This document shows, one piece after another, positions 48,989 through 58,912 of a DNA stretch of 64,000 nucleotides. How positions within the stretch are numbered: the stretch's first letter is position 1; each line of letters opens with the position of its first letter. Source of the DNA: Promethearchaeota archaeon (GTDB taxonomy: Archaea; Asgardarchaeota; Lokiarchaeia; Sigyniarchaeales; SOKP01); the NCBI GenBank assembly GCA_013375475.1, contig JABXKD010000003.1, positions 39,866 through 103,865 of the forward strand, read 5' to 3'. The translations under genes and the position numbers were made by a program. Under the pieces are notes generated by a model, which saw only the letters and a list, made by a program, of their open reading frames with translations, was not told where the DNA came from and made no database searches.

Positions 48989-49402
48989 ATGACAAATCTG
49001 TTAGAAAAAGCATTAATAACAGGTTTTGGAATATTCATATTAACCATTTTCATCTCAATGATTAATCCTTTTATAATAAACATTTCTAAATTTAATGATA
49101 CTATTAATCTTGATATAGAAAAATGTGAAAATTTCTTTTTTGAGGTAGATTCAGGAATAAAATTCATAATTGAGAATCCCAATGCAACATATACAAAAAA
49201 TATTGATTACCCTAAAAATATTAACATAACTCTAACTGATTTCTATTGTAAATATGAATATGTCATAGGAAATAAAATCTATTATAAAATAATCGAATAT
49301 ACTAAACCTTTTATCGATCACAGTTATATAAATTTACCGGCTAATAGTTATATTTTAAGGATATCAAATCTTTATAACTTTATTGAAGTCCAGTTTAATT
49401 AG
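48989..49402 (+). CDS. N-terminally anchored protein, possible minor pilin
   Basis: LLE then a hydrophobic helix; lies between the ATPase and the platform gene. Confidence 0.5.
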   Translation: MTNLLEKALITGFGIFILTIFISMINPFIINISKFNDTINLDIEKCENFFFEVDSGIKFIIENPNATYTKNIDYPKNINITLTDFYCKYEYVIGNKIYYKIIEYTKPFIDHSYINLPANSYILRISNLYNFIEVQFN

Positions 49403-49411
49403 TTCAAAAAT

Positions 49412-50941
49412 GTGGCTGATTCTATGGCACTAAACAATATGTTAATCCGTTTTTACCAAATACTTCATACTTATAAGATTCCTAAATTGAAATTTAAAGA
49501 TTTAGATAATCGATATAAAATTATCTACAAAAAGGAGTTTAATGTTGAGGAAAATGATGTTAATAAAGCCAATTTCATAATATTTTTAATACTTTTTATA
49601 TTTTTCTTGATTTCTTCAATAATATTGACTAAATTTAGTCTATTATTAATTATATCCCTTTCCTTCTTGTTAGCATTATTAATATCCTACTATTTTAGTC
49701 AAATCCTTAACAAAGAGATTTTTAAAAAAGAGAATCAATTAAACGCACTGTTGTATATAGTGAAAATTAATTTCTCTTTAATTCAAAAATCTCATGGAGA
49801 TAACTCTGACCATGCTATTAATTTCATTAAACTAATCAGTGAATCTAGACTTCCAATCTCAAAAGAATTTAGAAAGTTGCTCAATAAAATTCAATTAGGT
49901 GGAAATCCAGAAATGCTGTTATCTAAAATTGTTACTCCCTCATTAGATTTTAATTCATATATAAAAGGATTATTATTATCAGACTTCAAGAATAACTATC
50001 GGCAAAATGAAAACTCACTGGAAAAAAAATTTAGAAAGTATTTGAGGGAAATTGAATCAAAATTAAGTATTTTGTTTTTTTTTGGTTTGTTTTTTCCGTT
50101 AGGATTAAGTTTTCTAATTTTGTTCCAAACAATTAATTATTTCATACTGATTTCTGTTTTACCACTATTTTTCATAACTTTAAAAACACTTAATAAGAAA
50201 TTTTTAAAAAACAATTTTTTTTTACTCGGTTTAATAAACAATTACTCAAAGGAGGAAAAAGCAAAATTTAACGAATTTATTTCTTTTTTACTAAGCTTTA
50301 CACTGAATTTACAGAAGAATTCTTCTCCTGAAGTAGCATTTGTAAAAGCTTATACACAAAACGAGCTACAATATAACATCTTGGAAAGGCCTCTAAAATC
50401 ACAAATTTCCCAACTTATAAATTTTTCTTGTACATTTGAGGAGATACTAAAGAGATTGCAAATTGAGCTGAAATCAGTACGTTATAGAATAATTTTAGAT
50501 GTAATAGGAAAATTAGTTGCTCAAAATGCCTATCTCTCACATGAAAAAATTACACAGATATTAGATGAGATATCGATGCATCAAAAACTCGAAAATAGGT
50601 TAGAAATTATCATAAAAGGAGAACGATTTAAAGTCTTACTTTTTTTGTTCCTTTTACCGATAATAATTGGAGGAATTGGGGGCTTATTTCCACTATTTAG
50701 TTTCATAATAGGAGAATTTTCACTTAATAGTAGCCAGAGCTTTTCTGTTTTTTTCGAAATATTATTTACTTACGATTTTGTTATCATCTTTTTATCACTC
50801 CTTTTTTGCGTTTTCATTTCTTCACACTATTTCTTAGAAATCATATCATATGAAAAAAAAAGAATCTTAATTATTGTATCTAATGTAATATTTATCCTAG
50901 TGTTCTTTTCTACTTTTATCAATGTTCTTAATTACTTTTAG
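49412..50941 (+). CDS. TadB/TadC (T2SS F-like) membrane platform protein
   Basis: Duplicated S.EF..L...IQLG.NPE / SPE.AF modules with TM helices. Confidence 0.7.
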   Translation: MADSMALNNMLIRFYQILHTYKIPKLKFKDLDNRYKIIYKKEFNVEENDVNKANFIIFLILFIFFLISSIILTKFSLLLIISLSFLLALLISYYFSQILNKEIFKKENQLNALLYIVKINFSLIQKSHGDNSDHAINFIKLISESRLPISKEFRKLLNKIQLGGNPEMLLSKIVTPSLDFNSYIKGLLLSDFKNNYRQNENSLEKKFRKYLREIESKLSILFFFGLFFPLGLSFLILFQTINYFILISVLPLFFITLKTLNKKFLKNNFFLLGLINNYSKEEKAKFNEFISFLLSFTLNLQKNSSPEVAFVKAYTQNELQYNILERPLKSQISQLINFSCTFEEILKRLQIELKSVRYRIILDVIGKLVAQNAYLSHEKITQILDEISMHQKLENRLEIIIKGERFKVLLFLFLLPIIIGGIGGLFPLFSFIIGEFSLNSSQSFSVFFEILFTYDFVIIFLSLLFCVFISSHYFLEIISYEKKRILIIVSNVIFILVFFSTFINVLNYF

Positions 50942-50957
50942 GAAGTATTAATACTCC

Positions 50958-51275
50958 CTAGTTAAAAAGAGAAACATAAACCATTTCGACAAATAAAAAA
51001 ATTCCAATAAAGATAATTATGAATATCGAATAGGAAATTATTGAATTGAGTAAAGTACCTTCAAAACCTTCATTAAACACAACTAAACTTATTTCATTTA
51101 AAACCTGAAAAAAAGGTATTAAAAAAATAAAAAACAGAATAATTGAAATTAAAACTGTTATAGATTCAGAAGAAATTATTGAAAATGCAAAAATGAAGAA
51201 GAATAGAGCTAACAATAAAAAGAATTCTATAACAATTAAATTAAATTCTGACATGTTCCTAATTATTTTAAACAA
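50958..51275 (-). CDS. Small membrane protein
   Basis: Three hydrophobic segments. Confidence 0.55.
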   Translation of the reverse strand: MFKIIRNMSEFNLIVIEFFLLLALFFFIFAFSIISSESITVLISIILFFIFLIPFFQVLNEISLVVFNEGFEGTLLNSIISYSIFIIIFIGIFLFVEMVYVSLFN

Positions 51276-51445
51276 TAGACTATTTAAAATTCTAAAAAAT
51301 ATCTGAAATCTTTTAATATAAAGATTGAATTCGCATTAGATTAAGAGGAATAATTGTTTTAAAAATAATTTCTATTACAACAAGATGAGAATTAAATTAT
51401 GCATAAATAATCGTTATCCTAGAAAATATTATATAAAAAAATGAT

Positions 51446-51946
51446 TTGATTATTATTATGAGAAATTTAAAATTGAAGGGGTTAAAGTATAGCAAGGGGA
51501 AATACGACTTATACGATGAGCGATTTGTATTTTTCCCTCCTCAAATAATCGATATTTTATCGTCAATTTATGGAGAGGGGGTAAAATCTTTATTAGTTTG
51601 GTTAGGTAAAAAGGTTGGTTGGGTATTAATTCAAAACTGGGATGAAAATTTAAAATCAAAATCACTAAATGATTTAGTTAGTCAATTTTGTAATATATTG
51701 AGCAATCAAGGTTGGGGGCGCTTTTATCCAAAAAAAATATCTGACAACTTAATCGTAATTGAATTGCAGCATAACATCTCTAACGATTTAGATAATAAAT
51801 CTAAATATATTTGTTATTATTTAACGGGAATTTTAGCAGGTTTTGGTGAATACGCACTTTATAAAGTAAATGTAATAGAAAATATATGTTGCTTAGAAGA
51901 TCCTAGCTTAAAATCATGCGAATTTAGAATAGAAAAAAGTTCCTAA
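51446..51946 (+). CDS. V4R domain protein
   Basis: GWG, C....GILAG, E..C.......CEF. Confidence 0.85.
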   Translation: MIIIMRNLKLKGLKYSKGKYDLYDERFVFFPPQIIDILSSIYGEGVKSLLVWLGKKVGWVLIQNWDENLKSKSLNDLVSQFCNILSNQGWGRFYPKKISDNLIVIELQHNISNDLDNKSKYICYYLTGILAGFGEYALYKVNVIENICCLEDPSLKSCEFRIEKSS

Positions 51947-51955
51947 CGATTTTAT

Positions 51956-52342
51956 TCACCATGGATCCCATTCTTCGGGATTAAGTTCGTTTGATTCTTT
52001 ATTATCAAGAGTTTTCTCTTCAATTTCAGGTTCATCTCTATAAAATTCGTTCTTCTCAACTTCAGTTCTGATCTCAGGCGTTAATTCTTTAGAATTTAAA
52101 CTTTCTGTCATGGTTATTTGATCATCCCCAATTATTACATCCCTAAATGCAGAAATTAGCGATAAAAAATTAAAAAACTCTTCTTTTTTCATTTCAACAA
52201 CTAAAGAATCACTATTTTTTAATAATGTAAGCTTTAAAATCCGAACTTCTCCACTTACTTCAACTGAAGTCAACTCTATACTTTCATTTTTGTTTTTTAA
52301 CTGAATTTTCCACGATGTCTCTCTCGTTTTTTCAATTTCCAT
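51956..52342 (-). CDS. Hypothetical protein with acidic tail ending WDPW
   Basis: Four beta strands plus helix, then a low-complexity acidic tail. Confidence 0.65.
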   Translation of the reverse strand: MEIEKTRETSWKIQLKNKNESIELTSVEVSGEVRILKLTLLKNSDSLVVEMKKEEFFNFLSLISAFRDVIIGDDQITMTESLNSKELTPEIRTEVEKNEFYRDEPEIEEKTLDNKESNELNPEEWDPW

Positions 52343-52484
52343 TAGTCAAAGTTCACTCTAAAGATAATTAAAATTCAAATATTAAATAAAAATTAACCAA
52401 TTTAAAATTATCCTTATTATTATTTCATCGTTGTAAATTGGAAAAGTAATCAGAAAAAGGAACACGATCGATAATTTTCTTTTT

Positions 52485-53147
52485 TTAATAAAAATAGTTT
52501 AGCAAGATATAATTATTTGTAAGAAGGATAAGGATCACAAGCGGTGGTCTAAACTGTGTTAGAATTTGAAATTTTTCTTTTTTTTCATTAAAGAATAAAT
52601 TTAAAGACTTTAAGATGAATTTTTCGTCTGTATAACTATTAATTTGAGAGAAGTCTAAAAATTTATAGAATAAAATTATAAAAATTTTATGTAAGATTGG
52701 TAATTTTTCTTTTAAACCGTGTATCATATCATAGGAATTATTCCCTGATAAACCATTATTTAGAAGAAAATTGACTAGCATTAATAATAAATATAGGAAC
52801 AAAAAGACAAAAAAGAAAGTAAATATCCATTGAAAGTTAAAACTCTTTGTTGGATTAAGAAAAGCCAGGATTATCAACAATTTACCATCGGCCCCTCCTA
52901 TGATTTTAAAACAAAATAACATAAGCGAGAAGAGAAATACAAAGAAAAGGAAAAATATCTTTGTTAATAAAAATATAAATAAGTTGTTATAAATCCCCAA
53001 ATCTTCAGTAAAAACTATTAGACTACTTATAAATAAAAATCCTATAACAATTTTGTTAGATATTTTCCTATATTTAATATCCCGATACGTACAATAAATT
53101 AAAATTATGTTCGAGTAGTAAAAAGATAAATTGAGGTTTAGTATCAT
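52485..53147 (-). CDS. Prepilin peptidase (A24 family)
   Basis: DIKYRKISN and GGADGK catalytic Asp motifs; multi-TM. Confidence 0.85.
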   Translation of the reverse strand: MILNLNLSFYYSNIILIYCTYRDIKYRKISNKIVIGFLFISSLIVFTEDLGIYNNLFIFLLTKIFFLFFVFLFSLMLFCFKIIGGADGKLLIILAFLNPTKSFNFQWIFTFFFVFLFLYLLLMLVNFLLNNGLSGNNSYDMIHGLKEKLPILHKIFIILFYKFLDFSQINSYTDEKFILKSLNLFFNEKKEKFQILTQFRPPLVILILLTNNYILLNYFY

Positions 53148-53150
53148 TAC

Positions 53151-53444
53151 TCATAATCCGCCTTCCCAAATTTCTATAAATTTACCTAAGCTCTTAGCGC
53201 GAATGTTTTCAAACTTATATCTATAAATTTTTATTCTCCCAAATACTTTTTCTTGAACTAAATTATAGGATTTTAAACAGGTTAAATGATATTTAACACT
53301 CGAATGATTAAGGTTTGTGCCTCGTATTATTTGAGAGATTGACAGTTCTTCATTTTTAGCAAGTAACTTCAATATTTTTACTCTCGCTTTTGAGCCTAAT
53401 AAATTTTCTATTTTGTAATTCTCTTCTATGTTTTTTGCGATCAA
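53151..53444 (-). CDS. ArsR-like winged-helix protein
   Basis: LLGSKARVKILK, ELSISQI, HL..L, FGRIKIY. Confidence 0.85.
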   Translation of the reverse strand: MIAKNIEENYKIENLLGSKARVKILKLLAKNEELSISQIIRGTNLNHSSVKYHLTCLKSYNLVQEKVFGRIKIYRYKFENIRAKSLGKFIEIWEGGL

Positions 53445-54655
53445 ATTTTAATCCCCTTAGTTTGTAAAATATTTACAAGAATTTCTTCAAATTTTGAAAT
53501 AGAAATGTCTTGAATCGATATCAAGGCTTTACGACCTTTAATCGCTTCACTTTTTATTTCCATAGTAATTAGGTACTCTCTTTTAAATTCTTGAAGGTAA
53601 TTCCATAGTTGGGAGTGAGACCGAGGATGAATTCCTAAATTTTCACATATTATTAAATACGAATTTGTTATTTCTAGCACAGAGATTTGAATCCTTCCGC
53701 TCTTCTTTAGAGCGGTAATTATGGCTAATAATAAAATACCTTTCTGTATTGGCATATAATTTAAAATATCAATAGCAGAAAATGGAACGATATCTTGATT
53801 TGCAAGACGAATACATTCCATTGTAATATATTTTAAATTCTGATTTTCAGCAATTTTGGTTGCTTTCCATAATAGGTTTAATCCATACCTAATATCTCCG
53901 CTTTGATAAACTAATTCCGAAATAGATTCAATCAGTTTATCTGAAATTACATTTTCTTTTAAACTTATCTCTGCTCTATATTCTAAAATGTCATATAATT
54001 GCTCTCTATTGTATTTTTCGAAATGTATTATGTTTCTTTGTAAGGTACTCATAGTACTAATATCTAAATTGCTCAAACACGAAATATCTCTTGCAATTCC
54101 TATAATAGATAGATGTTGTTGACTGTTAAATAGATCATCGTTAATTCTTGTAAGTGAGTAAATTAGATCTCCCCCATTATTGATTAAATAACTTAACTCA
54201 TCTAAAACTATTAGTAGATGCAGATTTTGATTATTTACGATATCAACAATGATTTCAAGCAAATCTTGAGGTGAATAACCTCTTTTTGGAAAATTATTGT
54301 TAAGTGCTCGGACAATTTTAATTAAAACTTTATAACTAGTTCTTTCTTTCCGGCAATTAATGTGAACATATTTAATTAATCCAGATCTTTTAGCTGCTGC
54401 ATTTATTAACATTTCTCCAAATAATTTAATCGTTGCTGTCTTTCCTATCCCTGTTTTCCCTACTATTAATATTTTACGCGATAGTGAATTCGGATTCGTA
54501 ATTAACTCTAAAAATAATTGAGATAATAACGATAATTCTTTTTCTCTATGTAGTAACTTCTTAGGAACATAGTTATTATCGAGTTTCTTCTCACTTTTGA
54601 ATAATGACGGTTTTCTTAATAAATCTTCAAAGTAATCAATTGTCATAGAGAACAT
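53441..54655 (-). CDS. cdc6: Orc1/Cdc6 replication initiator
   Basis: YVP..L.HRE, GKTGIGKT, VHINC, VLDE, GDIRYGL, C-terminal wHTH. Confidence 0.94.
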   Translation of the reverse strand: MFSMTIDYFEDLLRKPSLFKSEKKLDNNYVPKKLLHREKELSLLSQLFLELITNPNSLSRKILIVGKTGIGKTATIKLFGEMLINAAAKRSGLIKYVHINCRKERTSYKVLIKIVRALNNNFPKRGYSPQDLLEIIVDIVNNQNLHLLIVLDELSYLINNGGDLIYSLTRINDDLFNSQQHLSIIGIARDISCLSNLDISTMSTLQRNIIHFEKYNREQLYDILEYRAEISLKENVISDKLIESISELVYQSGDIRYGLNLLWKATKIAENQNLKYITMECIRLANQDIVPFSAIDILNYMPIQKGILLLAIITALKKSGRIQISVLEITNSYLIICENLGIHPRSHSQLWNYLQEFKREYLITMEIKSEAIKGRKALISIQDISISKFEEILVNILQTKGIKI

Positions 54656-54916
54656 CTGATAAAATTATATTAGAAGTATAAAGATCATTATTTATAATAA
54701 AATACAGAGTTCTAATTTTTTGTCATCGTAATGAATGATTTAAGATATACTCTCATAGGATACTCTTTAGAGAGTATGGAAGTATAATGTAAAAATTATT
54801 AGTTTTGTTTGAAAATTTAGATGAGGAATATAACACTTTTTTGTCGGCTTATACCCATCGCACCTATCGCAGTCAAGTCTATTACTTAACTGGGACAAAG
54901 TTAGAAAAATGAAAAG

Positions 54917-56134
54917 CTAGAATTTAAAAGTTAAATCTTTAATTAGTTTAAACTTACTCCTCTGAAGATAATATGCTTTCAAGCCAATAAATAGCATTAA
55001 CAAAATCATAATGGAGAAAAGGCCAATGTTTGTAAAAAAAAATAGATTAGAAATTCCCTCATAAGAGAAATTTTCAATGTTTAAGTTAAACGATAGGGTT
55101 TTATTTTCCAATTGACCTGTACCATTGAAAATAACAGTAATATTAATCGACTTTATGGCAGTTTTAAAGATAATATTATTAGGCAAGATAGCAATATTTA
55201 AAAATCCTGATTGGTTTGTTCTTAAATTTGTTTCATATTCCAAAATTGAATTAGTATAGAAAACTAATTTTACATCCTCATTTTCAATTGGTTTTTCATT
55301 TTGGTTAAAAAAATAATAATAGTACAGTTGTATTTTAATTAGATTAGATTCTTCTAAGTTATTTTCAAAACTGGTGATATCTATGGATACAGGTATTTTT
55401 TTTACATATATTTCATAAGTGAAAGTAGTATCGTTGTAGAGAACATTGTTTTTCATGCGAAATTTTACTCCATTTCTTCCTAGATTTAAATGGGTAATTG
55501 TTGAAATATTAAATTCAACTTCTCCACTTTCATTGGTTGTTAAATTAGTTTGAAAAAAAATCTCCTCGTTAAATGTAGTTATTAGACGAAAAGTTTCATT
55601 AATCAAATTGGTACCATTTTCAATGCTGAGAAAATGCGCACTAAACGAATTGGAATCTCCAAATATCAATTCATTTTTAAACCCTGATAATTTGCAGGTA
55701 ATACTTCTTTTGATAAGGTTAACTGTTAAGATTTCTCTAATTGATTCTCCTCTTAGAAATCTTTCAGTATCTTCGTAATAATTGTAGATTCTTATAAATA
55801 GCACATCTGAGAAATTCGAGTACGTAATGTTAAGAACCTGAATATTAACAGTCCAGTTTTTTTCTATTATCCCGATAGAATTGTAACTAGCAGAGTTCCA
55901 TAATATTTCATCAAAGATATCAATAATTTGAATTCTAATATAGGAAATTTCATAATCCGGATCATAATATAGCTCCCATGATGCGTTAATTTTAATTTTT
56001 TCATGAGTAAAGTAAGTATCTTTATCAGTTACTAAACTAGTATTATAACATGAAAAACCTTCAACCGAGTTGGTTAAGAGGATTATTACCAAAAGAATGA
56101 ATGATAAAAAACCTCCTATGATCTTTTTATTCAC
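54917..56134 (-). CDS. Secreted, membrane-anchored protein with Ig-like beta repeats
   Basis: Signal peptide, repeated TNESG/TNQSG motifs, many N-x-S/T sequons, C-terminal TM. Confidence 0.7.
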   Translation of the reverse strand: MNKKIIGGFLSFILLVIILLTNSVEGFSCYNTSLVTDKDTYFTHEKIKINASWELYYDPDYEISYIRIQIIDIFDEILWNSASYNSIGIIEKNWTVNIQVLNITYSNFSDVLFIRIYNYYEDTERFLRGESIREILTVNLIKRSITCKLSGFKNELIFGDSNSFSAHFLSIENGTNLINETFRLITTFNEEIFFQTNLTTNESGEVEFNISTITHLNLGRNGVKFRMKNNVLYNDTTFTYEIYVKKIPVSIDITSFENNLEESNLIKIQLYYYYFFNQNEKPIENEDVKLVFYTNSILEYETNLRTNQSGFLNIAILPNNIIFKTAIKSINITVIFNGTGQLENKTLSFNLNIENFSYEGISNLFFFTNIGLFSIMILLMLFIGLKAYYLQRSKFKLIKDLTFKF

Positions 56135-56241
56135 ATCCCTTTTTTTTCACTAAAATATAAAAACTCATATAATACCAAAAAACATTTATTTTATCAAATA
56201 TTTAAATTCAAAACTAAGATACTTGTTATTGCTGAAAGTAA

Positions 56242-56442
56242 ATGGGAAAAGTTAGAACAATTTTAATCAAAAAAGTATCGAAAGAATTAATTAATAAATA
56301 TCCAGATGTTTTTACTACAGATTTTGAAAAAAATAAAAAATTGTTAGACAAGTATCTCGAAGCAGATTCAAAACATCTTAGAAATCGAATCTCGGGATAC
56401 GTTGTTACCCTAATGAAGATTAAATCTCGAGAGCAAACATAA
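56242..56442 (+). CDS. rps17e: 30S ribosomal protein S17e
   Basis: MGKVRT..IK, F..DFE.NK, SKHLRNRI.GY. Confidence 0.97.
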   Translation: MGKVRTILIKKVSKELINKYPDVFTTDFEKNKKLLDKYLEADSKHLRNRISGYVVTLMKIKSREQT

Positions 56443-56478
56443 AACCTTGTAAGAAAAACTAAAACATAATTAAAATAA

Positions 56479-56859
56479 GTGGTATTTATTAAAGACGACG
56501 CAAAAATAATGGCAGAACTGTTGAAAAATGGCCATAAAATGCTTAGCCTATCTTGTCCTATTTGTAATAATCCAATTTTCCAAAAAAAAGACGGAACTGC
56601 TTTCTGTCCAATATGTAATAGGAAGGTATTATTGGTTGAAAATTCTCCAAAAATAGAGAATGATGAAAAGAAACCAATTTTAATCAATAACACCGAAATA
56701 GAAGATATTAAAAGTATAATTTTACCCACGCTTATTCATAAGTTTCAATGGATCTCTCAAAAATTAGAAAATGAATCACAATTGAGTGTAATTGGTGAAT
56801 ATTTAGAAATCATTTTCAAACTTCTAAGTTTGGTTGAAAAAATTAAAAATTTCAAATAG
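56479..56859 (+). CDS. UPF0148/autoantigen-p27-like Zn-ribbon protein
   Basis: MAELL..G.KML...CP.C..P.F.....FCP.C. Confidence 0.85.
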   Translation: MVFIKDDAKIMAELLKNGHKMLSLSCPICNNPIFQKKDGTAFCPICNRKVLLVENSPKIENDEKKPILINNTEIEDIKSIILPTLIHKFQWISQKLENESQLSVIGEYLEIIFKLLSLVEKIKNFK

Positions 56860-56889
56860 AGTCAAAAACCTCTGAGAAATTTTTTTTAA

Positions 56890-56999
56890 TGCTTCTGCCG
56901 GGATTCGAACCCGGGTCACGAGGGTGAGAGCCTCGCATGCATAATCCTTTTTTCTGCGATAAGAGAAGAGTAAGTTTGACCGAACTACACTACAGAAGC
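56890..56999 (-). tRNA. tRNA-Glu(CTC) with 35-nt D-arm intron (56941-56975, about 21/22)
   Basis: Acceptor GCTTCTG/CAGAAGC, anticodon arm CGAGG-CTCTCAC-CCTCG, GGTTCGAATCC; central helix GGTC/GATT with 3-nt bulges. Confidence 0.92.
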
Positions 57000-57129
57000 A
57001 AATTATGTATTAAGTAGTTATTACTTTTATAAAGGTTAATAAGATTTTAAATTTAATTAACAGAATTAATGAAAATTAAAAAATAATTTTATTTGATGAG
57101 ATAGATTCGATTTAGGGGTAAATCAAAAC

Positions 57130-58176
57130 TTAGGTTTCTTTTTGTATGAAAATGGGTTTAAGTAGATTTACATAGTGATCTCTAATAGAATATTCAGCAA
57201 TTTTAGTTGCTACTGATATTATCTGCTGAGTTAGTACTGCTTTTTGGTTAGACTCTTTAGATAAAAGTTTATCTGCAAGATATATTATTGCACCTGTCAA
57301 GATAAACGGATTACGGCCTCCCCGATCCCAATCAGTTAGATTTTCTAAAATATATCGACATTTACTAGTCAACTTATATTTATAATCTTCTTTAGTCCAC
57401 ACTGTTCCCTTTTTTACTAACCTTGCGTTTAAAGCTTCGTGGTTTATGATATTATCTATTAACCTAATCAAGTAATCTTCACTTTTATGGGGGATGGCAT
57501 TATTATTTAAATGTGTTTTATATCTAATCCCATCTCTTAAAATAAGTCTTGGATTAACTCTATGGCCATAATTCTGAAAAGCGTTTGAAATTTCGTTAAT
57601 TGTGATCGGTGCGTTATGATACTCTCTACGAACAGAATAGAAGATGCAAAATGCAATCAACGAGATGTTGTTAATGACTTTTTCCTCATTTTTAACAATC
57701 TTTCTATAGTAGTATGCTGCATTATTTCTAATATTTTTATTTAAGTTAAGATAAATTGATATTTTGTTGAGAATATTGAAAATTCTATACTCAGTTTCGT
57801 GATTTTTTATTCTTAAAAACTGGGAATAGTTTTTTTTTAATCTTCTGTATAGCTTCTGCTCGTCGGGAGGTAATAATTTTCCTGTTTTATCTCTAAGATA
57901 TTTTGAATTTTCATAATCAATGAAAGTCCCTAATCCCCCAATATAATCCGTCCTTTCCCCTAATGCAACATATTGTTTATTTAAATTACTTTTATTATTA
58001 GCATCATTGAAGACATATGACGAATCTTGATAAAGATTTCCTAGAACTAGACCACACCCCTTACAAATTATTTCAAATGAGTTTGTTATAACCCGATTCC
58101 CACATTCAGGACAAATTTCCTTAACTTTTTTATCTTCTGTTTTAACTATCAAATTCAACCCACATAAGTCTGTCAT
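57130..58176 (-). CDS. Divergent TFIIB/TFB paralog
   Basis: CPEC..C..CG ribbon, two cyclin-like repeats, GRNP, Q..I.......E..IR. Confidence 0.85.
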   Translation of the reverse strand: MTDLCGLNLIVKTEDKKVKEICPECGNRVITNSFEIICKGCGLVLGNLYQDSSYVFNDANNKSNLNKQYVALGERTDYIGGLGTFIDYENSKYLRDKTGKLLPPDEQKLYRRLKKNYSQFLRIKNHETEYRIFNILNKISIYLNLNKNIRNNAAYYYRKIVKNEEKVINNISLIAFCIFYSVRREYHNAPITINEISNAFQNYGHRVNPRLILRDGIRYKTHLNNNAIPHKSEDYLIRLIDNIINHEALNARLVKKGTVWTKEDYKYKLTSKCRYILENLTDWDRGGRNPFILTGAIIYLADKLLSKESNQKAVLTQQIISVATKIAEYSIRDHYVNLLKPIFIQKET

Positions 58177-58394
58177 TATAATCTAATTAAAAAAAGAACC
58201 TTTTATCTCAATTATGTGGATGAATTTTTACCTGAAATGAATAAAGATTACACTTTGGTGCATAAAAATAACTTAGTGTCAGGCTGAGAGGTGATTGGAA
58301 TTAAAAAAAATGGTATTTTTTAACTTTAAATTTATAATAGTTTAACAATAGGTTAGATTTGCTTGATAGAAATTAAATTTGAGGAGTTGATGAT

Positions 58395-58646
58395 TTGAGT
58401 TATTTTCAAAACCATTTTAAGGAAGCTCAGCATATATCACCCTCCCATCACGATTTAATTAAAAGAATTATAAAAGAAATAGAGCAATCAATAAAGGGAA
58501 AGAGAAAAATAATGTATTCTGATATTATTAACTTAATTATTAGAGAGAATTATAGAGGAAAAATGTTTAATGAGATTATTTTATGGTGTAATTATAAAAT
58601 AAAGCAAGGAAAGTATAATGTATTGATTGAACATATTAAATTCTAA
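58395..58646 (+). CDS. Small hypothetical protein
   Basis: GAGGAG SD upstream of TTG; 83-aa ORF. Confidence 0.6.
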   Translation: MSYFQNHFKEAQHISPSHHDLIKRIIKEIEQSIKGKRKIMYSDIINLIIRENYRGKMFNEIILWCNYKIKQGKYNVLIEHIKF

Positions 58647-58912
58647 AAAAATCTTCAAAATTCAAAAAGAAAAACTTGAAGAATTAGTTTTATTCCTTAC
58701 GATGAGTTTTTTTGAAAGGTATAATTCACTTTAAACTTTAAAGTCATAAACTACCGAGAATTAAAAACTAAAATAAAGTTATAAATGCGTAATTATATTA
58801 ATATTTAATAATATTATTTTATAAAGACTAGAGAGATGTTTCTATTATAATTAAGTTAATAAGAAACATTACTCGGTTTTGAAAATAGTATAACTTCAAT
58901 GAGGATCTTTCT

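Noticed and set aside
54656-54916. Origin directly upstream of cdc6
   Set aside because: Only a short inverted repeat (ATACTCT/AGAGTAT) and an ATCGCA pair; no recognisable ORB consensus
56226-56729. 167-aa minus-strand ORF
   Set aside because: Antisense to rps17e and the Zn-ribbon gene, both of which have clear family motifs
58210-58290. Possible second C/D sRNA (GGATGA...CTGA...CTGA)
   Set aside because: Box C is imperfect, spacing is poor, and no terminal stem or recognisable rRNA complement was found
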